Shown here: positions 19,044-27,896 of the stretch, piece after piece | Position numbering within the stretch: the stretch's first letter is position 1 | How the letters are laid out: every line of letters begins with the position of its first letter | Sequence record: SRR31156797_2215 | Length of the DNA stretch: 31,049 nt | Direction: 5' to 3' (one strand) | Made by a program: the position numbers and the translations under genes | The notes under the pieces: model-generated | The model's input: the letters and a program-made list of their open reading frames with translations, nothing else | Told to the model about the DNA's origin: nothing | The model's database searches: none

Positions 19044-20213
19044 TTACTCCTTGTCTGTCGGCTCGTTCAACGCCTCGATCAAACGAACGTAGCATTCGAT
19101 GCCTTGCAATAGATTTTTTTCGTCAAAATTCATTTTGCTGCTGTGTAAAGGGTGGACATAACCTTTTTCTTCATTTCGGGTACCGACAAAGAAAAAGACG
19201 CCGGGGATTTCCTTTTGGTACATCGAAAAATCCTCTGCCAACATATATGGCGGTGTTTCTCGGTAGCTCTCCCCGACCACTTTTTCCAATACTTCCACCA
19301 TCTCAGGATCATTGTCCACGACACGATAAAGATGTTCGAATTCAACATCCGCCGTGCAATCATATCCTTTGGCGATTTCTTGTGCGACAGTGGTGATTCT
19401 GCGCGTCATCGTTTCATAGACTTCATCTTCAAACGCCCGCATCGTTCCTTTTAAAACGACCTTGCCGGGAATGATATTTTCCGCATCTCCCCCATGGATC
19501 TTCCCAAAAGTGATGACCCCAGCAGAAAGCGGGCTGATATTGCGTGAAATGATCGAATGCAATCCTTGAATGATCGCAGCCGCAGCTAAAATGGCATCAT
19601 GCCCTTGATGAGGCTGGGCACCATGGGCACTCGTACCGTTGATCGTTAGATTGATCTCGCCGTTACGGGCCATCATAGGACCTTTCCGACTCGCAATGAC
19701 TCCTTCGGGAAAGTCTGGGAAGACATGCAGCCCCACGATTTTTTCCACGCCAAAATCTCGTAAGATGCCTTCATCGATCATCAGTTGAGCGCCACCGGGG
19801 CTTTCCTCGGCTGGTTGGAAAATCAAAACGATCGTTCCACGAATCACTTCAGGATGCGTCGCTAAGTATTTGGCAAACCCTAGCATCGTTGCCATATGGC
19901 CATCATGACCGCAGGCGTGCATTTTTCCTTCATGTTTGGAAGCAAAAGAAACACCGGTCTCTTCTTTGATCGGTAGTGCATCGATATCCGTTCGAAAGGC
20001 CAGTGTCTTTCCTGGACGCTCACTGCGAAAGACAGCAATCAAGCCGGTTTCAATCACTGGATAGATTTCTTTGATCCCAAAGGATTGCAACTGACGCAGC
20101 AAGTATTCCTTTGTTTTGAACTCAGTTAACCCTAATTCAGGGATTGTATGTAATTCACGACGAAAACGAACCACGTCTTCGGTTAATTCTGTGACTGTTT
20201 GCGATACTTGCAT
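19044..20213 (-). CDS. M20 amidohydrolase, probable N-acetyl-L,L-diaminopimelate deacetylase (DapL)
   Basis: RRELHTIPE, RTDIDALP, MHACGHDGH, FQPAEE, AEDF, LHS motifs; first gene of the lysA-dapF unit. Confidence 0.8.
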   Translation of the reverse strand: MQVSQTVTELTEDVVRFRRELHTIPELGLTEFKTKEYLLRQLQSFGIKEIYPVIETGLIAVFRSERPGKTLAFRTDIDALPIKEETGVSFASKHEGKMHACGHDGHMATMLGFAKYLATHPEVIRGTIVLIFQPAEESPGGAQLMIDEGILRDFGVEKIVGLHVFPDFPEGVIASRKGPMMARNGEINLTINGTSAHGAQPHQGHDAILAAAAIIQGLHSIISRNISPLSAGVITFGKIHGGDAENIIPGKVVLKGTMRAFEDEVYETMTRRITTVAQEIAKGYDCTADVEFEHLYRVVDNDPEMVEVLEKVVGESYRETPPYMLAEDFSMYQKEIPGVFFFVGTRNEEKGYVHPLHSSKMNFDEKNLLQGIECYVRLIEALNEPTDKE

Positions 20214-20435
20214 GTTAAAACACCTTTCTATACATTCCTTTTAAAAATATCCATAAAAACCAGCGAATATTCAGTTTTTCATTGATATTGTTTAATATTA
20301 TAGTATATAATTCGAATAATCTATAGTATAAATTGTCGAAATGTTTCGATTTTTATTGAAAATTTTACCCCTCGTTTTGGTACACTTATACGTAGAGTAA
20401 CGAAAAATAAATTGGTTGAAAGGATGTGTCGTAGT

Positions 20436-21317
20436 TTGACAATATTCAAAGGTTCTGGCGTTGCGTTGATTACCCCTATGCTTCAAGATGGTTCGGTGGA
20501 TTTCGATAAGCTGAAGGAGTTAGCGGAGTGGCATGTGCAGCAAGGAACGAATGCAATCATTGCATGCGGTACGACCGGTGAAGCATCCACGTTAGACGAT
20601 GAAGAACATATCGCGGTGATCGAAGCGGTGGTAAAACAAGTTGCTGGTCGAATCCCCGTTATCGGAGGAACAGGCTCCAACAATACCCAACATGGGATCC
20701 ATCTTTCAAAAGAAGCACAGCGCGTTGGTGCTGACGCATTATTGGTTGTAACACCTTACTACAACAAAGCGACCAAGAAAAGTTTAGTCGCTCACTATGA
20801 AGCAATCTGTCAAAGCGTTGAGCTGCCAGTGATCTTATACTCCGTCAGCTCAAGAACCGGCTTAAATTTAACACCTGAAGCCGTGGCAGAACTAAAAAAA
20901 ATCCCTAATATCAAAGGCATCAAAGAGGCCAGCGGTGATATTTCGCAAATCGCAGAAATCGCTCGTCTTGCGGATGATGACTTTGCGATCTATTCAGGAA
21001 ATGACGATCAAGTAACCCCAATTTTAGCTTTAGGTGGCTCTGGCGTGATTTCAACGATCGGCAATATCGCTCCGAAACAAACGGCACAACTCGTTGCTGA
21101 TTTCTTAAATGGTGATGTAAAAGCAGCCATCAAAGAGCAGTTGCGACAAAAACCGTTGATCGATGCGATTTTCAGTGAAGTAAATCCTGTGCCGATCAAA
21201 GCAGCGGTCTCCTTACTGGGCAAATGCGAATTGCATTATCGTTTGCCTTTGGGTGTCCCGGAAGATGCGACCCTCGTTCATTTAGAAGAAGAAATGACCA
21301 ATTACGGATTGCTGTAA
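20436..21317 (+). CDS. dapA: 4-hydroxy-tetrahydrodipicolinate synthase
   Basis: GSGVALITP, GTTGE, GTGSNNT, TPYYNK, RTG, GIKEASG, NPVPIK. TTG start at 20436 after AAGGATG is preferred over the ORF start at 20412. Confidence 0.94.
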   Translation: MTIFKGSGVALITPMLQDGSVDFDKLKELAEWHVQQGTNAIIACGTTGEASTLDDEEHIAVIEAVVKQVAGRIPVIGGTGSNNTQHGIHLSKEAQRVGADALLVVTPYYNKATKKSLVAHYEAICQSVELPVILYSVSSRTGLNLTPEAVAELKKIPNIKGIKEASGDISQIAEIARLADDDFAIYSGNDDQVTPILALGGSGVISTIGNIAPKQTAQLVADFLNGDVKAAIKEQLRQKPLIDAIFSEVNPVPIKAAVSLLGKCELHYRLPLGVPEDATLVHLEEEMTNYGLL

Positions 21318-21327
21318 GGAGGAGTTT

Positions 21328-22086
21328 TTGGTGAAACAAATTTTATTAAGCGGTGCAAACGGTCGCATGGGCAAAGTGTTGCAAAGCCTGATCGCAAAGC
21401 ACCCTCAGTTAGAAGTGGCCGCCGGCTTAGATCGTACCGAGCAATTAGATGGTCCTTTTCCAATCTATGATCGTCCAGAAAAAATCACGCAACCGATCGA
21501 TTTGGTGATTGATTTTTCTCATTATAGCAATGTGCCTGCCTTGTTGAACTATTGTGTCGAACAGCAGCTGCCAATCGTGGTTGCTACAACTGGTTTGACG
21601 GAAGACACGCAGATGATGCTGCCGTTGGCTGCTAAAGTGATTCCGGTTTTCTATTCTGCCAATATGTCGTTGGGGATCAATGTACTGATCAAAGCACTAC
21701 AAAGTATCACCCCCGCATTAGAAGCTGACTTTGACATTGAGATCATCGAAAAGCATCATAATCAAAAACTTGATGCACCAAGCGGTACAGCTTTGCTGTT
21801 GGCAGATAGTATCAATGACAGCTGCGAAACAAAAAAAGAGTATCTCTACGGGCGTGAAGGCAGTGATCTAGTAAATGACCGCAAGCAGATGGGTATCCAT
21901 GCCGTTCGCGGCGGAACGATCCCTGGGGAACACATTGTCATCTATGCTGGGCAGGATGAAATCATTGAATTAAAACACACTGCGCTCTCCCGCGAAATCT
22001 TCGCCAATGGTGCACTAAAAGCAGCGGAATTTTTAGCCGATCAACCAGCCGGTTTTTATTCCATGCAAAATCTAATCGACAAGTAA
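21328..22086 (+). CDS. dapB: 4-hydroxy-tetrahydrodipicolinate reductase
   Basis: GANGRMG, IDFS, ATTG, EKHHNQKLDAPSGTA, RGG, FANGA. The start may be the GTG at 21331. Confidence 0.95.
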   Translation: MVKQILLSGANGRMGKVLQSLIAKHPQLEVAAGLDRTEQLDGPFPIYDRPEKITQPIDLVIDFSHYSNVPALLNYCVEQQLPIVVATTGLTEDTQMMLPLAAKVIPVFYSANMSLGINVLIKALQSITPALEADFDIEIIEKHHNQKLDAPSGTALLLADSINDSCETKKEYLYGREGSDLVNDRKQMGIHAVRGGTIPGEHIVIYAGQDEIIELKHTALSREIFANGALKAAEFLADQPAGFYSMQNLIDK

Positions 22087-22098
22087 AGGTGGTCTCTC

Positions 22099-22812
22099 AT
22101 GACAGAATTACAATTTTCCGATCCTTATCAATTAGCAAAATATATCAAAGAAGCAAATAAACAAACACCTGTAAAAGTCTATATCAATGGAGATCTTGGC
22201 GACGTCCAAGCAGATGGCATCCAATTGTTTGGTAACGGCACCTTCTATTTCGTGGTTGGTGACAGTCAAAAAGTAGCTGAGTTTTTAACCGCGCACCAAG
22301 ACAAAATCACCGATCACTATCTGGAAAATGATCGCCGCAACTCAGCGATTCCTTTGTTGGACTTGACGAAAGTCGATGCCCGTATCGAACCAGGTGCCTT
22401 TATCCGTGACCAAGCCATCATTGAAAAAAATGCCGTTATCATGATGGGGGCAGTGATCAACATTGGTGCTGTGGTTGGTGAAGAAACCATGATCGATATG
22501 GGTGCGATTTTAGGTGCCCGGGCAACCGTTGGGAAAAAAGCCCATATTGGCGCTGGTGCTGTCTTGGCTGGCGTTCTTGAGCCACCTTCAGCAAGCCCAG
22601 TCACCATTGAAGACAATGTTTTGATCGGCGCAAATGCCGTCGTCCTTGAAGGCGTCCGTGTCGGCGAAGGTGCAGTCGTTGCTGCCGGTTCTGTGGTGAC
22701 GGAAGATGTCCCTGCTGGAGCAGTCGTTGCTGGCTCACCAGCTAAAGTCATCAAAATGAAAGACGAGAAAACGAAAAGCAAAACCGAATTTTTAGACGAT
22801 CTACGGGGGTAA
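22099..22812 (+). CDS. dapH: 2,3,4,5-tetrahydropyridine-2,6-dicarboxylate N-acetyltransferase
   Basis: Kx[36 protein letters not shown], hexapeptide repeats. Confidence 0.95.
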   Translation: MTELQFSDPYQLAKYIKEANKQTPVKVYINGDLGDVQADGIQLFGNGTFYFVVGDSQKVAEFLTAHQDKITDHYLENDRRNSAIPLLDLTKVDARIEPGAFIRDQAIIEKNAVIMMGAVINIGAVVGEETMIDMGAILGARATVGKKAHIGAGAVLAGVLEPPSASPVTIEDNVLIGANAVVLEGVRVGEGAVVAAGSVVTEDVPAGAVVAGSPAKVIKMKDEKTKSKTEFLDDLRG

Positions 22813-22843
22813 ACTTCTTATTTTCTCGTAAATACGCAACAAA

Positions 22844-22928
22844 AAAACGCAGTACCGGTTCAGTGATGAGCCTGCGCTGCGTTTTGTCTAAAAAAGGGCG
22901 TGCCGAAAGCTTTTGGCACGCCCTTTTT
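22844..22928. terminator. Two tandem terminator hairpins between convergent dapH and nrnA
   Basis: AAAACGCAG...CTGCGTTTT (22844-22885) and AAAAAGGGCGTGCC...GGCACGCCCTTTTT (22891-22928). Confidence 0.8.
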
Positions 22929-22956
22929 CTATTGGCAAATGTGCTTGTAAAAGTGT

Positions 22957-23910
22957 TTATTCTGCTTGAAATTCTTTGATCGCTGCTTGGATCTCTTGAT
23001 AGATCACTGCAACTTCTTCAAGGTCTTTTGCATTTGCTCCACTGGCAAGCGGATGTCCACCACCATGATGGCGTTTGGCGATCTCATTGATCACTGGACC
23101 TTTCGAACGCATCCGCACACGGTAATAGCCTTCTGGTTGTTCGACAAAGATCGCCCAAGCCATCACTTCGTCGATTTTCCCTGGTAAGGAAACGACTGCT
23201 GAGGTTTCCGAATCTACTACGCCAAAACGCTGCTGCAATTCTTGCGATAGGATCACTTTACCAGCACCAATCTCATCAATCTCGATGTTTTCGTAGACAT
23301 ACCCTGAAAGGCGAGCAACACTGCGAGAGACTTGATCCAATTGACGATTGATCTTCGGAGCATCAAAGCCGTAATCCAATAGTTCAGCCGCTAAGCGCAG
23401 GGTTGTCGCTGTCGTTGCCGGATATAAAAACCGTCCAGTATCACCAACAATGCCCGCATATAACAGACGAGCCGCTTCTTGCGTCATCGTCAGCTCGTTT
23501 TGAAACATTTGCCAAAACGAAACGATCATCTCACTACAGCTGCTGGCTTTCGTATTGACCCAAACCAGTTCTCCGTAAGGTTCATCATTAGGGTGATGAT
23601 CGATTTTGATCAATTTCGCCCCTTGATCATAGCGTTGGTCACTGATCCGTGGTGCATTGGCCGTATCTGTAACGATCACCAGCGCCCCTTTATACAAATC
23701 ATCAGGGATCGTCTGCATCAGCGCCAAGTAATCCAATCCTTCAACGGGTCCGCCAACTTGATAGATTTCTTTTTTGGGAAAACTAGCTCGTAAAATTTCT
23801 GCCAACCCCACTTGTGATCCTAATGCATCTGGATCAGGGCGCTGGTGCCGATGGATAATGATCCGGTCGAATGCTTTGATTGTTGCAAGTATTTCTTCTT
23901 GTACCTTCAT
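22957..23910 (-). CDS. nrnA: Bifunctional oligoribonuclease/pAp phosphatase NrnA (DHH/DHHA1)
   Basis: HQRPDPDALGSQ, KIDHH, GIVGDTGRF, GGGHPLASG. ATG at 23910 is the likely start. Confidence 0.93.
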   Translation of the reverse strand: MKVQEEILATIKAFDRIIIHRHQRPDPDALGSQVGLAEILRASFPKKEIYQVGGPVEGLDYLALMQTIPDDLYKGALVIVTDTANAPRISDQRYDQGAKLIKIDHHPNDEPYGELVWVNTKASSCSEMIVSFWQMFQNELTMTQEAARLLYAGIVGDTGRFLYPATTATTLRLAAELLDYGFDAPKINRQLDQVSRSVARLSGYVYENIEIDEIGAGKVILSQELQQRFGVVDSETSAVVSLPGKIDEVMAWAIFVEQPEGYYRVRMRSKGPVINEIAKRHHGGGHPLASGANAKDLEEVAVIYQEIQAAIKEFQAE

Positions 23911-23964
23911 GAATGGTCTCAACTTTCTCTCTAAAATTTTTCCATAAGTGCCGTTTTCGATGAT

Positions 23965-25296
23965 TTATGGGCGTTCCATTACTTGGCATACCACGATCGC
24001 TTTTGCCACTAAGGAATTTTCGATCGATACTTCGATATCGATTTTCGCTGAACGTCGCCCCAGTTCTAGAATCTTCGGTTGAATGATGATCTCGCTTTCT
24101 AATTGGATCAAACGGAAGTAATGCAGATTGACTTGCTCGATCCAGCTATTGCGTCGTTGATTCAACTGCATCGTACGTTTCGCCGTATTAGCGATTACTT
24201 CACTCAAGACACCAAAAGAGATCGTTCCGACTTCATTAACCATTTGGGGCGTCACCGCAAAGCTGAAATACGGCTGCGGCAATTTGTTCCCTTCAAAATC
24301 TTGTTCGATAACTTGCATCTGTCCCGAGATTTGGTCAGAAATCGTATCTGAAATTTGCGTTTGTCGTTGGACCATCTGCATCGCTTTCATAATGTCTTGG
24401 CGTGTGACAATCCCAATCAAAGAAAGGTCATCAGCTACGACGGGCATCACTTCTAAGCCATCCCAAATCATCTGATGGCTGGCAGAGGCCACACTCATCT
24501 CTTTTTTTACGACCCGTGGTTCCCGGGTCATGATTCGTTCGATGATCTGCGTATCAGGCTTTTCTAAGACATCTTTGGCTGTGATGATCCCAACGACCCG
24601 CATATTCTTGTTGACGACTGGATAGCGGGAGTGATTGGTAGACTCCGAGAGTAGTTTGTAATCCTTGACCGTATCAAAGGTGTGCAGATACTTGGTTTTT
24701 TCCAATGGCATATAAATGTCACTCACCAGCATAATGTCCTTTTTGATCAGCTGGTCGCTTAAGGCACGGTTGATCATCGTTGCCACGGTAAAGGTGTCAT
24801 AGGTCGTTTGTAAAATCGGCAACTCCAATTCGTCTGCTAAACGACAGATTTCCTCTGTTGTTTCAAAGCCTCCCGTGATCAAGACGGCTGCGCCATCCTC
24901 CAGTGCCAACTTGTGGACTTCGTTGCGGTTTCCGACGATCACTAAGGAGCCAGGCGTGATGTAGCGTTCCATTGCTGATTCTTTCATGGCGCCGATAACA
25001 AATTTGTTCAAGTCTTTGTCCAAACCGGCAGCGCCGCCCAAAACATCACCTTCAATGATTTGGACGACTTCGCCGAAAGTTAGTTTTTCAATGTGTTTTT
25101 TTAGTTTTCGTTCGATACGGATGGTTCCGACACGCTGGATCGTTGAAACCAAGCCGATATTTTCCGCATCTTTGATTGCCCGATAGGCTGTTCCTTCACT
25201 GACATTCAAGTCTTTTGCGATTCCCCGCACCGAGATGCGATCGCCTACAGGCAGATTCTCGATATGCGCTAAAATCAAGTCGTGTTTTGTCGCCAT
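23965..25296 (-). CDS. YtoI-like HTH-DRTGG-CBS-hotdog domain protein
   Basis: ISVRxIAK...SEGTAYRAIK HTH, DRTGG region (IVGNR...LITGG), CBS pair, C-terminal thioesterase-like fold; adjacent to nrnA. Confidence 0.9.
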   Translation of the reverse strand: MATKHDLILAHIENLPVGDRISVRGIAKDLNVSEGTAYRAIKDAENIGLVSTIQRVGTIRIERKLKKHIEKLTFGEVVQIIEGDVLGGAAGLDKDLNKFVIGAMKESAMERYITPGSLVIVGNRNEVHKLALEDGAAVLITGGFETTEEICRLADELELPILQTTYDTFTVATMINRALSDQLIKKDIMLVSDIYMPLEKTKYLHTFDTVKDYKLLSESTNHSRYPVVNKNMRVVGIITAKDVLEKPDTQIIERIMTREPRVVKKEMSVASASHQMIWDGLEVMPVVADDLSLIGIVTRQDIMKAMQMVQRQTQISDTISDQISGQMQVIEQDFEGNKLPQPYFSFAVTPQMVNEVGTISFGVLSEVIANTAKRTMQLNQRRNSWIEQVNLHYFRLIQLESEIIIQPKILELGRRSAKIDIEVSIENSLVAKAIVVCQVMERP

Positions 25297-25333
25297 AATT
25301 ATCCCCTATTCCTACTACGAATCTTCCTGTTGC

Positions 25334-26017
25334 TTAAACTTCTAATGTCTCACCGACTGCAAGGATCTGGCCCACACCTGCCGGCAATAAATTCACGAAG
25401 GTTTGCGGATCTTGCTTGATCATTGGAAACGTATTGTAATGGATCGGTACTACTTTGCTCGCGTTTAAAAGGGCCGCTGCTGTTGCGGCATCTTGAACGC
25501 CCATCGTAAAATTATCCCCGATCGGTAAAAATGTCACATCGATGTCGAAACGTTCACCGATCATCGCCATATCGCTAAAGAGTGCAGTATCTCCAGCGTG
25601 GTAGATGGTTTTGCCTTCTGCTTCTAAAATGATTCCAACAGGATTGCCCATATAGATCATCGTTCCGTCTTCTTCAAGGCCAGAGCTGTGTTTCGCTTCC
25701 ACCATTGAGATTTTGCCAAACGGAAACTCAAAAGAACCTCCCATATTCATGCCATGCGTCTCAGCAACGCCTTTGCGGGCTGCATAGCGGCAAATTTCAA
25801 CGACACTGATCACTGGCGCTTCATTTCTTTTGGCGATCGGCACCATATCCCCAATATGATCACTATGACCATGCGTGATCAAAAGCCAATCGGTTTCCAC
25901 TGTCTCTGCATCTAAATCAGTCAGAGCATTTCCAGTAATAAAAGGGTCAAACAACAATTTTTGGCTATCCGCTAATTGGATAGCAAGCACTGAGTGTCCG
26001 TGATACGTGAGTTTCAT
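25334..26017 (-). CDS. UPF0173 metal-dependent hydrolase (YtkL, MBL fold)
   Basis: GHS, DPFITGN, THGHSDH, YHAGDT, LPIGDNFTMG, PIHYNTFP. Confidence 0.92.
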   Translation of the reverse strand: MKLTYHGHSVLAIQLADSQKLLFDPFITGNALTDLDAETVETDWLLITHGHSDHIGDMVPIAKRNEAPVISVVEICRYAARKGVAETHGMNMGGSFEFPFGKISMVEAKHSSGLEEDGTMIYMGNPVGIILEAEGKTIYHAGDTALFSDMAMIGERFDIDVTFLPIGDNFTMGVQDAATAAALLNASKVVPIHYNTFPMIKQDPQTFVNLLPAGVGQILAVGETLEV

Positions 26018-26151
26018 ACAACATTCCCCTTTCCATCTAAGTAATACAGTCTAATATTTTTCATTATAACAGATAACGCCAGAAATCCAAAAGCACAAAT
26101 TCTGGCAACTTTAATACATCCGTCCTTTTTCTGGTTCTTGTCAAGAAAAAT

Positions 26152-26194
26152 AAAAAAACTGTTCTACCCTTTCTGAATAAGGAATAGAACAGTT
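26152..26194 (-). terminator. MFS gene terminator
   Basis: AACTGTTCTA (26157-66)/TAGAACAGTT (26185-94) with a T-tract on the minus strand. Confidence 0.75.
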
Positions 26195-26215
26195 CGACCT
26201 GATGACTTCAAGCGA

Positions 26216-27655
26216 TCATAGCGTTTTCTTACGTCCGCCTTGTTTATAGATGCGCCAGACGGTTAAGAATAACGCTGTGATGCAAAGAAGGAACGCACCA
26301 AAGAAGGTAATTTTCATGCCATAGGCAAAAATATCTGCCCGACCTGCGATATAGGTCGTCACATGCTTTCCATACGCTTGACTCATTGCTGCATAGAGAA
26401 TCGTCGTTGCTAAGGATATCCCTAACACCATGCCCAAATTGCGGGCAAAGGAATTTAGACTACCTGCCACCCCAAGATTTTCTTTGGTGACACTGCTCAT
26501 TACCATCGTATTGTTTGGGGATTGGAACAACGAATTGCCAAGTCCCATGATGGCAGTGGCAACGATATAATACCAAATCGGCGTATCCTGATTCATAAAC
26601 ATATACATCAGCTGAGTGATCGACAGCAACGCTAAGCCAGCTAAGACCAAAATCTCCGGTCCTACACGGTCCGTCAAATACCCGCTAAGTGGTGAACCAA
26701 TGACCATCATCAAAGGAAAGACCATCATCAGCATTCCTGCCACGCTCGGCGTTAAGCCTCGGGCACTTTGCAAGTAAAAGGGAATCACGACATTGACAAA
26801 AAAGTTTGCAGAAAAGATCAGCAACGCCGTGATCAGGCTCATGGTGAAAATTTTATTACGAAAGATCCCAAAGGTAATCAGCGGTTTGCTCACACGCGCT
26901 TCTACTCGCAAAAAGACGATGAATGCCACTAAAGCGATCCCACCCAACAGCAGCGGCAGCCACGTTAGAAAGCCACGCTCTTGTCCAAGAAAAATGCCGC
27001 CGAAGAAGCTGATAATTGCAATTGAAAACAGCACAAACCCGGTTTTATCGATGGAATCATGACTCATGGTAATATCTTTTGGTAACACCTTTTCTCCAGC
27101 AATCATCGTCAGAATACCGACAGGAACATTGATCCAAAAAATAAACGGCCAAGAAAAATGCGCCAAAATCACTCCGCCTAATCCAGGACCGGCGATGGAG
27201 CCTAACGAAACAAAGGCACCAATCATCCCTAAGGCGCGTCCTCGTTCACTCATAGGAAAAACTTCAGTAATGATTCCGGTATTCGTCGCCATCGTCATGC
27301 TAGCACCGATCGCTTGCACCACTCGGGCAAATAAAAGAAATGCTAAGGAGTGATTAAACCCGCATAACAGCGAACCGATAATAAAAATTAGCATTCCCAA
27401 GCGGAAAACTTTGATTTTGCCCCAACTGTCCCCTACCTTACCGAATAATAAAAGGCAGGCACAAACGATCATCAAGTAAACGGACACGACCCATTCCGCT
27501 TGATTCATAGGTACACCCATATCTGCCGAGATCGTCGGCAATGCGATATTTACGATACTCCCATCCAGTGTTGACATAAAGGTAAACATCGAAACAGCAA
27601 TGAGAATCCACCACTTTCTCTGTTGTACTACGGGGTTTTCTTGATAACTATTCAC
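26216..27655 (-). CDS. DHA2 (EmrB/QacA) MFS drug:H+ antiporter
   Basis: LDGSIVNIALP, GKVGDSWG, GPGLGG, WIFWINVPVG-like motif, ~14 TM segments; GTG start after a GAGG RBS. Confidence 0.92.
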   Translation of the reverse strand: MNSYQENPVVQQRKWWILIAVSMFTFMSTLDGSIVNIALPTISADMGVPMNQAEWVVSVYLMIVCACLLLFGKVGDSWGKIKVFRLGMLIFIIGSLLCGFNHSLAFLLFARVVQAIGASMTMATNTGIITEVFPMSERGRALGMIGAFVSLGSIAGPGLGGVILAHFSWPFIFWINVPVGILTMIAGEKVLPKDITMSHDSIDKTGFVLFSIAIISFFGGIFLGQERGFLTWLPLLLGGIALVAFIVFLRVEARVSKPLITFGIFRNKIFTMSLITALLIFSANFFVNVVIPFYLQSARGLTPSVAGMLMMVFPLMMVIGSPLSGYLTDRVGPEILVLAGLALLSITQLMYMFMNQDTPIWYYIVATAIMGLGNSLFQSPNNTMVMSSVTKENLGVAGSLNSFARNLGMVLGISLATTILYAAMSQAYGKHVTTYIAGRADIFAYGMKITFFGAFLLCITALFLTVWRIYKQGGRKKTL

Positions 27656-27682
27656 AAATCGACCATCCTCTCTTTGCTTATT

Positions 27683-27743
27683 TTGTTCCTCTAGTCTTAG
27701 GGGGACAACTTTGTATTATTGATCGAAATCCATTCGCCGTCAA
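27683..27743 (-). promoter_or_regulatory. MFS promoter with operator-like palindrome at +1
   Basis: TTGACG (27743-38), 17 nt, AATAAT (27720-15); dyad TTGTTCCTCTA-GTCT-TAGGGGGACAA (27683-27708). Confidence 0.55.
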
Positions 27744-27811
27744 TCCTTATCTGCCATTCACGATCAAAATAAGGGGCATTTATTGAAAAAAACGCCGCTT
27801 GTTTTCTTCAC

Positions 27812-27880
27812 AAAAAAAGACAAAAGCTTCGGTGAAAAGAAATCGGCCGTCAAACGGCTATTCTTTCACCTGCTTTTGTC
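27812..27880 (-). terminator. Long hairpin terminator after rnjB
   Basis: Nested GACAAAAGC/GCTTTTGTC, GGTGAAA/TTTCACC and GCCGT/ACGGC pairs, followed by T7 on the minus strand. Confidence 0.7.
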
Positions 27881-27896
27881 AGTAGGTCAAAACGAA

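Noticed and set aside
20214-20435. Lysine riboswitch or strong CodY box
   Set aside because: No riboswitch consensus or terminator; the best CodY-like matches have four or more mismatches.
22317-22781. 154-aa Thr/Ala/Pro-rich minus-strand ORF
   Set aside because: Antisense mirror of the DapH hexapeptide repeats.
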